Shown here in pieces: positions 39,624 to 51,440 of a stretch of 64,000 nucleotides of DNA. The notes beneath the pieces are model-generated. The model worked only from the letters and a program-made list of their open reading frames with translations, made no database searches and was not told the DNA's origin. The first letter of the stretch is position 1, and every line of letters begins with the position of its first letter. This DNA comes from Raillietiella orientalis (lineage: Eukaryota), in assembly GCA_036172245.1 (NCBI GenBank), contig JAYWIR010000032.1:2170001-2234000 (forward strand), given 5' to 3'. A program made the position numbers and the translations under genes.

Positions 39624-42600
39624 CTGCAGGACGAAGGAAAAATTGTTCACATCTATTTGAGGAACGATCGTCACGGAGATTCCGGACGCAGTGATCGTCT
39701 CGTGGCCGGCCCTCGAGCGCCCTCGAGGCGGGAGCACGGCCGTCACCACCTGCCCGCTGCGGTCGCGCGCATCCTTCAACCCTCGCCTTCCGTCCACGGA
39801 ACAGCTCTCCCTTTCTCTTTGTCACCCGCATCCTGCGGTTGCCACGGCATCCACACCGGCCGCGTACCCACGACGCGTCCCACCGGCGCGCGCCCCGTCT
39901 CCCTCCCGGTGCCCACAACGTGCGGGCGTTCGGTAGGTCGCACGCGCGAACGCCACGATTCGGCTGGGGCTGCCGGGACTCGTGGCCTGAAGGGGGACCC
40001 GACCACCGCAGGATAAGCAAAGTACGAAACCTCCTGGGCGTCCCCGGGAAGCGGAGGTGAGGGAAGGCCGGAGGCGCGCGACGCATCTCCCTCGGGTGGA
40101 TGGGCTCCGCTTTCGCACGGTCCGGGGAAGAGGAAGGGATGACAACGAACGGGAGGACGGCCGCGGTGCGCAGCATGGCTTTTCCCTCTGCAGAAGATGC
40201 GCATCGCTCGACGCGCTGGCGCTGAGCACGCGGAGCGGCAGCGCGTGCGTCGCGCGCGCATCCAGCAGCTGCAGGTGCCGATTGCCGTCGCCGTCATTCG
40301 TGGACCATGGCGAAGGTGCGGTTGTTGGCAGCTCTCGTTCTTCCTCTGATACGTCTGCCCGCCGCGCTGGTGCTGGTGGCGACGCACAACGCAGCTCGGG
40401 AAACGGTCGTGCGCTGCCAGGTGGAGGACGGACGACCGGGATGCCGCGATCCCGACCGGAATCGCAGCTGCAACTGGGTGGAGGCGCCGACCCTGCTGCT
40501 GACCTACGACCAGGTACGCGAGCGGTGTCGTGCCGCCAGCCGCCCGTCGCGAGCCGTCGCCTTAGCACCTGTACTTCCTGTCCGTGGGACTTGGCACCCC
40601 TGAGCAGGCGTTCAACATGACCGTCCACGCCAACGAGTCGACCGTGTGGGTGCCCTTCAACTGCACGACCTCCTGGTGCGGTAAGCTGCCCCGAAGCGAC
40701 CTCGTGCACACGGCGCGCTGCCGCACCTCACCCGGCAGCACGCCACCCCGAGTTCAAGGTCGACGAGTCCGAGACCTACCAGAGCCTGCACGGCAGGGCA
40801 GCCACCTACTTCTACGGGACGCTGGTGTACGGCAACAAGGGGACCGACATGCTGCAGGCAAGGAAGCACCGCGGTGACGGGCCCCGCCCATCCTGCCTGA
40901 CCCCTCCGGCTCGCGGCCGGCTGTCCGTGTCGAGAGAGAGCGCGCTGTCGGCGCTGCGGCCGGGTAGGGTGGCGCGCGGTTCGCTCCGAAAATCGCACGC
41001 GCTTTCCGCCAGGCGGCGCCCCCCTGGGCCCCTAGTTCGGCGGGCTGGAGGCGCACCGGCGCGTCCGCGCCTTTCGCGCACGCTCCATCTCCGAGCACGG
41101 TCGTTGTCGCCTCGCTGGCGAAGCCAGCGAACGAGCGCCGTCGCTCGGTGCGCTCGCCGGTACGCTGGCGACGCGCGTGTCATAGGGATCGCTGCGGCTC
41201 GCCCGCGGATCGGCCGCACATGGCGACGGCGGCGCCGCTCGGACGCGAGCGGCGGCCAGCTGGTGGAAGAACGCGGGCGCTCACCCGCGGGGCTCTAGGG
41301 GACGAAGGCAGCGGGGGACGACGACTACGAGGAGGAGGGGGAGGCGCCCGCGGGGTTCCCGGACTCTGGACGTGGCGCTCCCGTGCCCCCATGCAGGTCA
41401 ACACCAGCGAGCAGCCTGTCCTCGGCTCCACCCAGAAGATCAGCCAAATGCTGTACGACCCCGGCCCCGAGAGCGTGGTCAACGGGTTGGAGTTCTCGGG
41501 GGCGTTCCCGTTCGGACCCACGGTGGTCATCGAGTACGTGACGTCTCTGCTGACGGAGAAGATGGTGACCCTGCATTTCAAACGGTGAGCACGGTCGCGG
41601 GTTTTCTGGAACTGCCTGGACGTCCCGGTCCAGGAACAAAGGAGGGAGGATCGTCTTCGGGAAGACGAAGGGCTTTGAGAGGGGATCGCAGCTGAAGCTG
41701 ACGTCCGGACTGAGGGACTTCCGGTTCTTCTTCTGCAGGTGAGCGGGTGGGCGCCAGCGGCCCTGCCTGGGAGGAAAGTCCGTCGGTTCAGCGGCGGCTG
41801 AGGGGGGGGGGAGGGCAAGTGCTGAGGGCTCGCGCCGCCTCAGGGTGCTCATCGACGAGCGGTGGACGCTGGCCAACCCTCTGGGCATCCTGACGACCAG
41901 CACGTTCTTCGCAGGCGCGCCCAAGGAGTTCGTGGACCGCATCGTGGAGGACACGCGGGCCAAGAAGGCGACCTTCGACCCGATGGCGTACGAGGTGAGG
42001 CGCGAGCGCGCGACCCTCCCGTTGCGCACGCGCACGCGTCCCGCGCAGGTGGCCTGCAGGGGCAGGAGGATGCCCAAGGTGGTCTACGACTTCGGGAGGA
42101 AGGTGCGGGTCATCCTGAGGAAGAAGGACTACGTCTGGAAGGTGAGTGCTGGCGTCGGAACGAGGAGGACGAGGATACGGCGCGCGCGGAAGGAGCAGGA
42201 CGGGGAAATCAAGGCGCCGGCGGTGCTGCCGCGTCCCGAGTGGACGTGCGCGCGGCTCCCCGGGCGCCACACGGAGCTCCTCCGGTTCAGCGATCGCTGT
42301 CGGTGCCGTCGGCAGCCGCGTCTGCCTGCGGCGGGCGCGGGCGGGTCTGCCTGCCCTCTCGCCGGGAGCCTGCGGCAACTTGCGCGCAAGGGCGACGCCG
42401 AGGTCGTGCGCGCCCGTGGTGACCCTCGCATGTCCAGGTCAACTCCACCCTCTGCTTGCTGAAGTTCGTGGACGACGGCGGCGAGGGCGTCTTCAGCATC
42501 TCCACGATGCTGCTGGAAAAGGTGAAGACGCTGGTGGACCTGGTCACGTGGACGGTGACGTTCGCCAGGACGCGGTCGTAGGCGCGGACGAGGCGCCGCC

Positions 42601-45600
42601 CGCCTCTCTCACCGCAGGTCCCATTGTCCGGAATACAGCATCCCAACGCACAGGGCACGTCCCCCGCCGTCTTGTCAGTCGCAGCAGCCCGCGGGTGCGT
42701 CGCGGACGGGTCGACGAGGGCAAGAAGGCTCGCTGCCGTGAGCGGGTGCTTTCAGGATGCGGCGCCTTCAGCGCGCGGGACGGCTTCGTCCAGTACTTCC
42801 GAGACCCGCGCCCGACGACACCGCGGGAGCGAAATTTCCTTCCCGGGGGTAGGGGGGAGAGAGAGAGCGATGCAGGCGGCCAGGCGAGGCTAGGATCAGC
42901 GCCAGCGAGGGGGCTCGCGTCCCGGATGCTGCGGCACACGGCGATCTCCCCCCGGTCGCGGAGTCCCCGAAAGGCCTCCACGCCAGATGTTTACGCGGGT
43001 CCACGCGTGGGCCACGGAGCCTACAGGGCAGTCGGCAGCGCGCCTTCCGGATTTGCTGTGGGGGTCGTTCGGGCGATCAGGAGGACGGGAGCCACGTCCA
43101 CTCCGGTGGGATCTGCGCTCTCCAGGCGCTACCCCCCTAACCGAGCCGGCGACGCCATCCCAGGGGAAGACTGACTCTGCAAGTCCAGGTGCACACGCGA
43201 CCTCTCGAAACGCTCTCTGCGCACGCCTTTTGCTGTGTTCTGCATTGTCCAGACTCGGCTTGGATGAGATCAGCGTGCATTTCTCGAAGTCATGGTCCAC
43301 TCAGAGACCGCCTGCTGCGACCTCCAGCCTCGTGGCGCGGGATTCTTGGCACCCTCGTAGGAACGCCGACGTGGTAGCAGGACGGCCGCTGCGGTTGCCA
43401 CGGGTCACGCGGCTCCTGCGAGGTACCGGTGCCCGTTGGGCAAGTCGGGTGGAGGACCATGGTGGATCCCTGGCTTCGAGACCGCTGGCGCCAGCGGAAG
43501 GCTGCTTCCAGGCGATGACGGAGCATTCCGATGACGTGACGTCAGGTGGCGACACGATCCCGTTGCTGGACCTCGGGTCGAGACGCAGGAGGACGCCAGG
43601 AAAGGCCGCTGGACTTCGGAACGCGGAAATAAAGCTCGCCCCAGGTCGACGCCGGCGCGACCCCTTCGTTCCGCAGCTTCTGAGGTGACTCAGGAGGAGG
43701 GGAACGGGTAGGCAGGTCTGTGGAAGGGCAATGGCGGATCGGCAGGCTGCCCTCGGATGGGAGGACGATCGGCCTGCCTTCCTCATCGCCGCGGGTGCCA
43801 CCCCTTCGACCGAGAAGGCTTAAACGCCATCCGCACGCTCGCCTGGCTTTACAGGAGCTGCTGGCGGTTGCGGTCCGACGGCTCTCTCTTTAGCGGCAAG
43901 CTGGGAGCTGGACCGGAAGGAAGACACGGCCGCGCCGAGTGCACACGCGCACTGTCACGCTTCGGACGCGAGTCAGTCGGCTCGCCCGCGCCAATCTTCC
44001 GTTGGTGAACCCATCTCATCTCGTATGAGGAAATCCTCCACGGCGTCGCTGCTGAAAGGCGACGTGCACTCTGATGGACGTAGCGATGGACCAGTTGCGG
44101 GAGGGACCACACTTCCTCCTCTCTCATCGTATGCCGCGTCGCGTCGCGTGGCAATGCGCAGATCCGGAATGTCCTCGGAATTGCGGAGACCCCGTCTTCA
44201 GCGCGGCAAGGCGGCTCGCAAGAGCCGTGTACCGGAGACCACCCGGAAGTGAGGTCATCTCCAGGGCGCTACAGCGACGCCCTTGCTTCCTTCTACAGCA
44301 GCTCACACTCCGCTCGTTCTCTTCGTGAGCCGCACTTTCGTGGTCACGACGTTTCTGGCGCAAGGTTACGTGGAAACAGAGAGCGAATCGGGCTGTGGTC
44401 GCTTGACCGCGCAACCGGTCTCCTCGCCGTCGGGTCTCTAGCCGCCTTTGGGAGGGTGCAGCGAGTATGGAGAGGCGCGGATCCCGAGGCGCAAGGGGCA
44501 GCGTTCTGCCGTGCGCTTGCCGCCTGGCGATGCGGAGCGCCGGCGCCGGCGAGCCCGGGACGCGTGCGCTTCTCGCCGTCTGACTGACGCGAGGAGCAAC
44601 GGCTACCGTGAAGAGGCAGATGCTCCATGACAACGGCTCGCAGGCCACGAGCCGCCCATCAAATGCGTCCGTTAAAGTCACTGCGTGGATTGTGGATCGA
44701 TGGATTCGAGCACGCGCTCTCCGCCCACGCAGAGTTCTATATGGAACGCGGAGACGCGGGTGGTCCACCGCGCCGCAGCGTCCTGCTGTGCTGCTCGCGT
44801 CTTGCAGGCCGTCAGCAGCGCCTTGACGTGCGGATCGCCCCTGGGATGCTGGTTGCAGATGCTCGAGGCGCGCGCCACGAACGAGCTCCCTGGCCGGCGA
44901 TGCTGCGATCGCGGATGGGGGCGGTTGGGATGAGCGGAGCCGGAAGGCGGTAAGGATACTCTCGTGTCCGCTGTGCAGGCCGTGCGACTGCTGCTGCTGG
45001 CCGAGCACGTCACCAAGCGTTGCGGGTTCGAATCCTCTTGAAGCGTCAACGCCCAGGGTGAAAAGTGCGTCGCGGGTTTCGGGTCACACCGCAGGTCGTC
45101 GTTGATCTGCTGGGCTTGGGGGTGTGCCACCCGAATGACAGGTGTGCGTGGTCGACGACCGGATGCAACCGCTCGTTAGCGGGGATTGGAAGTGATTACG
45201 CCGGATGTCTGCGCGCATCCAGGGGTTTCCGGGTTGCTTCCGCGGTTCCCGTGCAGAAGCCAAAAGGAGACGACCTTCCTTTCGGGGTATGCTGCCGGAA
45301 CGTTCCTGGGGTTGGTTCCTCTGCAAACGTTTATTCTCTTTCCTGTGCTGGGAACGACAATCTCCTGGTACGTTCGTGGCTGCCGTGGTTTGTCCTTCGA
45401 GCGGCGGCCGACCGGGAGCAGCCGCTGCGAAGAGCGACTTCGGCGTTTCCGGTTTCGCGAAGAGGAAAACGAATGATCTGCCTCCACGAGAGCCGCTGGT
45501 CGCGTCGCTGTTCCGGAGCATCCTCCGGGAAGGGAGAGCTCGTGTTGCTTGCACTGCACTGGTGACCATCACGCGGCGAAACGCAACGGCGGCCGTCCGT

Positions 45601-47388
45601 GGCTTTGGCTGTGCCGGCGTACGCAGGCGCATTCCGTGCGCCTGCGCCTTCCTTCCGTAGGCTGGACGCGTGGTGCGGACGCGTTCCACGCGCCTCTGGG
45701 AGCGCGAAGGCGCTTGCTCGGCTGGCGAATGGAAGAGGCTGCGCTTCGCAAGGGGGACCGGGGAAAGAGGTCGCTCTGCACGAGGCAGAGTTGCCAAAGA
45801 ACGACGTCTTCTCCATCCGTGGAGGGGCAAAGCGTCGGAAAGCTTGGGGTGGCTCTGCAAGTCCAGGTGCACACGCGTACTCTCGAAACGCTCTCTGCGC
45901 ATGTCTTTTGCTGTGTTCTGCACTGTTCATTTCTCTGTTCCGGGAATATCGGCAGAGGTTTATGACGTCAAAGTCTGAGTTCCGTGGATGCGAGTCAGGA
46001 GATCTCAGGAGAGATCGCGTCATCGGGCGCTGCCTCCGGATCAGCGGTGTTCTCATGCCAATGGTGCATCACCAACCTAGGAGTTCCTCGTTTGTCGTTT
46101 ACCCACGTAGCAGCCACAGGACAAACGGCGTGTGGACCTGGCAAGGTGGCAAACATCCGTTGTTTGAAATTCTGCTTCTAGCGGCGAGTGTCGTTCGAAA
46201 GCGTGGGCGGTTTGCAGCCTTCCTACTTCGGAAGGGAAAAAGGAAGCGCGCGCTTGGGAAGGCGGTGAGTGCGGTCTTGCAGCGGGATGGCTTCACGCGA
46301 GAACGAGTTCCATAGAGGTGCCACCCAGGAGTGACGCTGGTCGCACGAAACGGTGCTGACAAGTAATGAGGAACGGAAGATGGAGAACAACACTTCATCG
46401 TCAGGGATGCTGGAAGGCGTCGTTTTGCAGTGCAGAGTGCGGTCGTTCCCTTCTGAGGAGTGCCACTGTGCTGGTGATGATGTCTTTGGCTTCCCTCCTC
46501 TCCATGTGCGCACGCCCGTTGTTTGCTGGCACGACGGTAGAGCTGCGCCTCGCTGCTCGCCCGGCACTTCTCTCCTTTCAGGCGCGCGCTATTGCGGGTC
46601 CGCTCCCGCAGCTCGCTTTGCCCGCCACCTTTCCGCGGGAGTGGCCTTGGGATGAAGAGCGAACGTTTTCCAGTGTGCACGGGGATGGCGGCGTTCATCC
46701 AGGAGGCTGACACCTCTAGCCTCCAGCGAGAGATGGGGCATACCGTGGCTCGTATTGCGGGTGGGAAGCACCACTTTTCTTGGTCTCGGGCGTGGCGTCT
46801 GTTCCGGAGCATCGTCCCTGAATTAGGAGCATTCGTCTTGCTCTTCTGGTCTCCGAGTGACTGTCTGCTGCTGTGCAAGCAGTTGAGTGGACACGTTCGT
46901 TGTCTGCTACTGAGGCTGCGGTGGTGTGCCCAACTCACTATGCTAAGGAAAGCGCCACCTTCTCTTCCTGGTTATGTCGGACAACGCCGACCTTGCTCTT
47001 CGGCGTTCCTTCCTCCGCAGCAATGTTTCTTCGTTTTCTTCTTCAGGAAAAGTTCTGGTGTGTAGGTTGTCGGTGTGGTTGGGACCGACAAACCTGGACC
47101 GTCGGAGACAGGGTTGCACGCATTCTCACGATCAGGAGTGCTTTGAGAGGTGCTGGACCGGCGCAATATCCGGCATTGCATCGACGTTTTCTCTTCCGGA
47201 ATTGGTTCGAGATTTCCACAGGTTCAGAAAAGGGAGGGCACGGTTTCTGCGGTCACGTGGCCACGTGCTATCCTGGAACGCTGATGTCTCCCTTGTCCTT
47301 AAGGCCTATGTTGTCTCGCAGTCTTGGCGTTAATTGACTCTTGGGGGGCGGGAGGGGTGCTGCGTAGCGGGTGCTGACACCGAATTCA
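39624..47388 (-). repeat. Right arm of the large inverted repeat
   Basis: Begins ctgcaggacgaaggaaaaattgttcacatc at 39624 (reverse complement of 30361-30390) and ends near ccgaattca at 47388. About a dozen substitutions and 3 small indels versus the left arm, seen by eye. Confidence 0.97.
40307..42581 (+). CDS. Secreted pepsin-like (peptidase family A1) protein, both catalytic Asp lost (pseudo-protease), ~373 aa, copy 2
   Basis: Manual 8-exon model: 40307-40513, 40566-40680, 40739-40857, 41397-41584, 41634-41738, 41844-41994, 42049-42141, 42438-42581. All phases fit; introns are GT-AG except intron 3 (GC-AG). Kozak-like ccATGg and hydrophobic N-terminus (MAKVRLLAALVLPLIRLPAALVLVA). Pepsin landmarks occur in order: LYFLSVGLGTPEQAF, VWVP..C....C..H, ESETY, FYG, EFSGAFPFG, GGRIVFG, AGAPKEFV, YEVAC..MPKVVYDFG, DYV, CLLKF, VDL...TVTFA. 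Confidence 0.9.
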
Positions 47389-48817
47389 CGTGCCTTCCGA
47401 TGGATTTAGAGTGTTTCCCTGTTCGTGTCCGTGAAACTGCGATTTTTGTGGCGGGAACTAAGCGCACCGTGTCCTTGTGTCCAGCGCTTTTCGGCCTTTT
47501 GGCTAATGTCAAAGTGCCCAAGTGGAATCTTTTACTACGGCACACCATTCTCTTGCTTTCGTTTCTCTTCGGGAACTCTCGGCTTGAGGTAACGGGTTTT
47601 CGTGAAGAAAAAAGAGTACTTGTCTCCTCTGTTTGGTTGGGCATCCCGTTTCCGAACTGGGAGAAATTCTTCTATGTGCAGGCAGATGTGGTCAGTGAGC
47701 TCTCATTTAGTTCTTCGCCTTCTATTACTTCGAACTGTGCCTCTTGCTTTACAATCTCGTGGGTGTCCGGCGCTCTTGTCAGCGAGGTCTTAAGCAGGTG
47801 GTTTTCCGTACGTACCAGGTGTGTCGCCAATAGCGTGCTGGCGTTGGCCATTTGTTCTTCGTAGAAGCACGGTTTCAACTCGTTTTTTGTCTTCCGGTTT
47901 CCTTTCCTGTGTTGTCAATGCCCTCCGAATATTAACATGTGATCTGTGGGGTCGCCAGTGCATCGGTCTTTTGTTATTACTGCTGATCTCTTCTTCTGCG
48001 TTGTCTTGTTCCTCTGCAAGTGTAGTTTCTTCATCTGAAGACTGGATGCTTGCGCATTTCATCATCAGACGGAGTGTTCACCTTTTTGCATTCTCGAGAG
48101 AATCCAGATCACGGTTCCCACTCAACAAGTCTATCTGCGAAACCGTAGCTGTTGAATAAGGGCCTATGCCATGTGCTCGGCTTGATTATCTTTTTACGGC
48201 CGTAGTCTCCCACGTCAAGTGTTTTATGACGACGTAAGATTCCAGTCGCTGTTCTGGAGAGCCTGAGGGTCCGTCAGAATCGACATTTCTTCTTAATGTC
48301 GCATTTCTGGCGGAGAGTTTTCCCCGTCATGGCTTGTTCTTCCTCTCTTCTTCTCGGAAGGGAATGTCGGAGACATACGTCGATTTTGCTCTGACTGCTT
48401 CTTGAGGATGGATCAGTTTTTTCAAGAACAGACAGTTCTTCTGGGCGCGCTGAGCCTTTCATTCGGCGGAATTCGGGGTTGGACTCCGTGGTAGACCTTC
48501 ACACAGGTTTCCCGACTTTCGTGAGCGGCAACGTCTCTCTCCCAGATTTCCCTTGGAGATGCGCCTTTTTTGGTTGATGAAGAGACCGGAGGCAGCTCTT
48601 GTCGCTATTGGCCGCTTTCTTCCCATTCCGGTTTTCCTTCCAGTCTCGATGATCCGAGTTTGCATCCCCATTTCGAATGTTTCCAGAGAGCGATTCGCAC
48701 CCCAAGGTCGAAGAGGCCCGTCATTTGCTTTGATTTCAAGGGAGCTGTTACGGCGTAGCGAAATGGGGTGCCAGCATGGGCGGTAGCACTGGTGCAAAGC
48801 TTTCCTCTCTGGTGCAA

Positions 48818-49800
48818 TTAGAAGGCCTTCTTTTTCTTAAACAGTAAAACGATCTCCTGGTGCTTCTCCTCTTCTTTTTCTGCTCCTGAGAGACAAGATA
48901 CCTCTTCGGTGTTTTCGAACGGGAAAGAAACTTCAAGTATGACCTTGTTTGTCCTCTGCAGCTCCAGATCAGGCCTTAGACTGGAGTCACAGTCAGGCAT
49001 TGTCTTGTTATCGTCCACCGGCCTGCACCCTACACTGTTTTTTGCCGTTTCCGGCAATCTTGCCAATCTTTCAAAAAGCAGTTTAGTATACTGGCCCCCA
49101 GATGCGTGACGCATCAGATGTTAGGCTAATAAGGACAGATTTATTTCGAGTATTTGGTCACTAGATGACGTGAGTAGCTCTGTGGTGCTCCCCTTCTCTG
49201 TCAACGACTGGTGCGATGCTTAAAGGAAATCTCCTGAAAAAGCTGCTGCTCTTCCTTAGGGCTCGGAATTCCCGTTCCGGGCTTTCTTCAAGAGTAGATT
49301 GTTCGTGACATGAAAATATCAAAGAGTATCCTCACTAAGATGGCATTTGAGGGGAAAAGGCACCATAGGAAAACATCTCTAGATCTGTTTCTCGTTGGCC
49401 CATTCACCGACGAGGTTGATGGGGCTACGCGGAAAGTATCGGACATCACGGGCAAACAAGAAGGCTCTGTTGGTGACTTCCTCTGCCACGTTCGCGTGTG
49501 GTTTTTGGAGTCGCTGGTCTGTCGACCTTTCGAAGGCAACCATCATCATCTTAAAGCTGTGTGGGGAGGGGCATTGAATGTCCTGATAGTTCCAGGTACT
49601 GCATTCTCGTTTGCCTTCCGCGATTGCAGGCCTCTTCGTAACCACAGCAAGGAATCCAGGAAACCGTATGGAGCAATAGGTCAAAGGTCTTTGGTCGCTG
49701 CGTTGTGTCGTCGCATTCTCTAAGTTCATTACTACAAGCTCCATCGAGTGAAGGGAGTGCTGACACAACGAGATCACGGATGCGACTGTTCGTTGCATCC
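48818..49800 (-). mobile_element. Degenerate NeSL/R2-group non-LTR retrotransposon 3' fragment (restriction-like endonuclease)
   Basis: ORF 48818..49114 reads DNKTMPDCDSSLRPDLELQRTNKVILEVSFPFENTEEV...EKEEEKHQEI, matching the RLE motif RPDL...(D/E)V..PFEN....K..KY. The upstream part (to ~49800) is less certain. Confidence 0.75.
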
Positions 49801-50499
49801 AGTGCAACAGCCACTACGACTCCCATACTCACAGGACGTTCTCATGGAAGTCGCGTGCGCGACTGCGCCCGCAAGGGTGCCAAGATCCACGTCAGCGTCC
49901 GTCTGCACGTCGTCAGGGAAATTCGCGTCCTAGACCACATCAGTGTCTGCGCACACTCCGAGATCGGCTGCACCTGCCTCGCGCCAGACGACATCTCCGT
50001 TTCAGGTTCTTTATTCTGCTACACCAGAGGTTCGTCCCTCTGTCGCTCTTCCACCGGCGATTCGACGAGCAGCCTGCCACGCTGATTGGTGCGTCTGTTT
50101 CGGGCTCTCCGTGCTGCTCCTAGCTTATGCTTGATCTGAGGACGAGGAAGGTTCCCTACCACTAGAGCCCCCGGCAGAGACGGCTAACAAGACGCCGTCG
50201 GGTGCCCCAGCGCCTTCGGTTGGGAGCAGCAGTCAGGCGGGAAGTGCGCTCTCCGTTGCCTGAGTGGCAGTGTCGGTTGGGCCGCTCACGGATAGTTGTG
50301 CGTGTTGCACTCGGCTGCCCTATAACTCGGGCGACCTCGCTCGTTTCATAATGTTACCGAAGAGCGCTCCAGGAGCGGAGACGCCAAAACCCAATTCCGC
50401 GGGCGAACCACTCGGTGTGTTGACGATGATCTTCCGTTTCCCGAGCAGCAGCAGCAGCGGAAACCGGTCGCCGATCTTGCTCTACCCCGTCCTTGGATG

Positions 50500-51440
50500 G
50501 ATTCTGCGGAAGCATTCCGAGTGATGCAACTTAAGGAGGTGCTGCAACCACCTTCGGATGATGACCTTGGAAGGTTTCGATCTGGCGACGCTTCAGGCAA
50601 CTTCTCTCGGATCAGTGGAGACGTCATGAGCCTCTGGACCACAAGAAGACAAGCCTCCCTCCTCTCGTGGGCAACTTGGAACTTCGATGATGGAGAAAAC
50701 AGCATCCAAGTAGGGGATCTAACATTCGATGCAGCAACGAGGAGGAAGCTCACTACGGCGATGTGCAACGCACAACAAGAACGCTCATGGCTGGAAATGA
50801 TCAACCAACACCCAGATCAGGAGAAGGCTTTACAGGCTATGCGATTTACAGGACTCTATCGCTCATGTTTATCCAGTTATTTTCAAACGACTGCAGAGCA
50901 TCTTCATCCCTCTGATTTCCGCTTTATCCATTCGGCAAGATCGAACCTGCTGCCGATCCGGGCGTAGCAAGGAGACCCCAAGGAGAAAGATCGTGCTGCC
51001 GCCGTGTGGCTTGGGACGAGACTTTATCGCACATTTTTTGCCACTACATGAGGCCTTCTCACCTATGCACAGCTGTACATCACGCCAATCGTGGCAAGAT
51101 TGCCGGCAGCGGCATGACACTGCAGGGTGGAGGCTGGTGGAGGAAAACAAGAAAGTCTGTCTACTTGTGGTCAACTATTCACACGACAACACCGGAGAGG
51201 TATTTGGTCTCAAGAGCGGAAAGCGAAGAGGAGGAGTCCAGGAAACTGCTCTACTGTTGAGGGAAAAAGGACTTCAGACTGAAGTAAGAGCAATCATAGT
51301 TGGCGCATTAGAAACCTGGAACCCACGGAATGATGGGGTGATTCGCGAGTTAAGTATGCTGCAACAGAGACATTGAAGCGGTTGATGCTGGCCTTGTGCA
51401 TCCATTACGGCAGGGATATTTAATGAGCGCACCGCCTAGG
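50500..51440 (+). mobile_element. Degenerate NeSL/Utopia-like (R2 group) non-LTR retrotransposon C-terminal region
   Basis: FRSGDASGNFSRISGDVMSLWT, HPDQEKALQ, DFRFIHSARSNLLP, CCHC remnant CRR..DETLSHIFCH, then RAIIVGALETWNPRNDGVIREL..YGRDI. This is the typical NeSL-clade C-terminus, with stops and frameshifts. Confidence 0.8.

Noticed and set aside
44995..45040. tRNA gene (B-box gggttcgaatcc; mirror at ~24975-25015; similar motifs at 38025-38080)
   Set aside because: No cloverleaf could be folded and the A-B box spacing is too short. At most a tRNA-derived SINE remnant.
22600..47410. Palindrome as a giant TIR transposon carrying cargo
   Set aside because: No transposase in the spacer, no target-site duplication, and the outer ends fade rather than stopping sharply.
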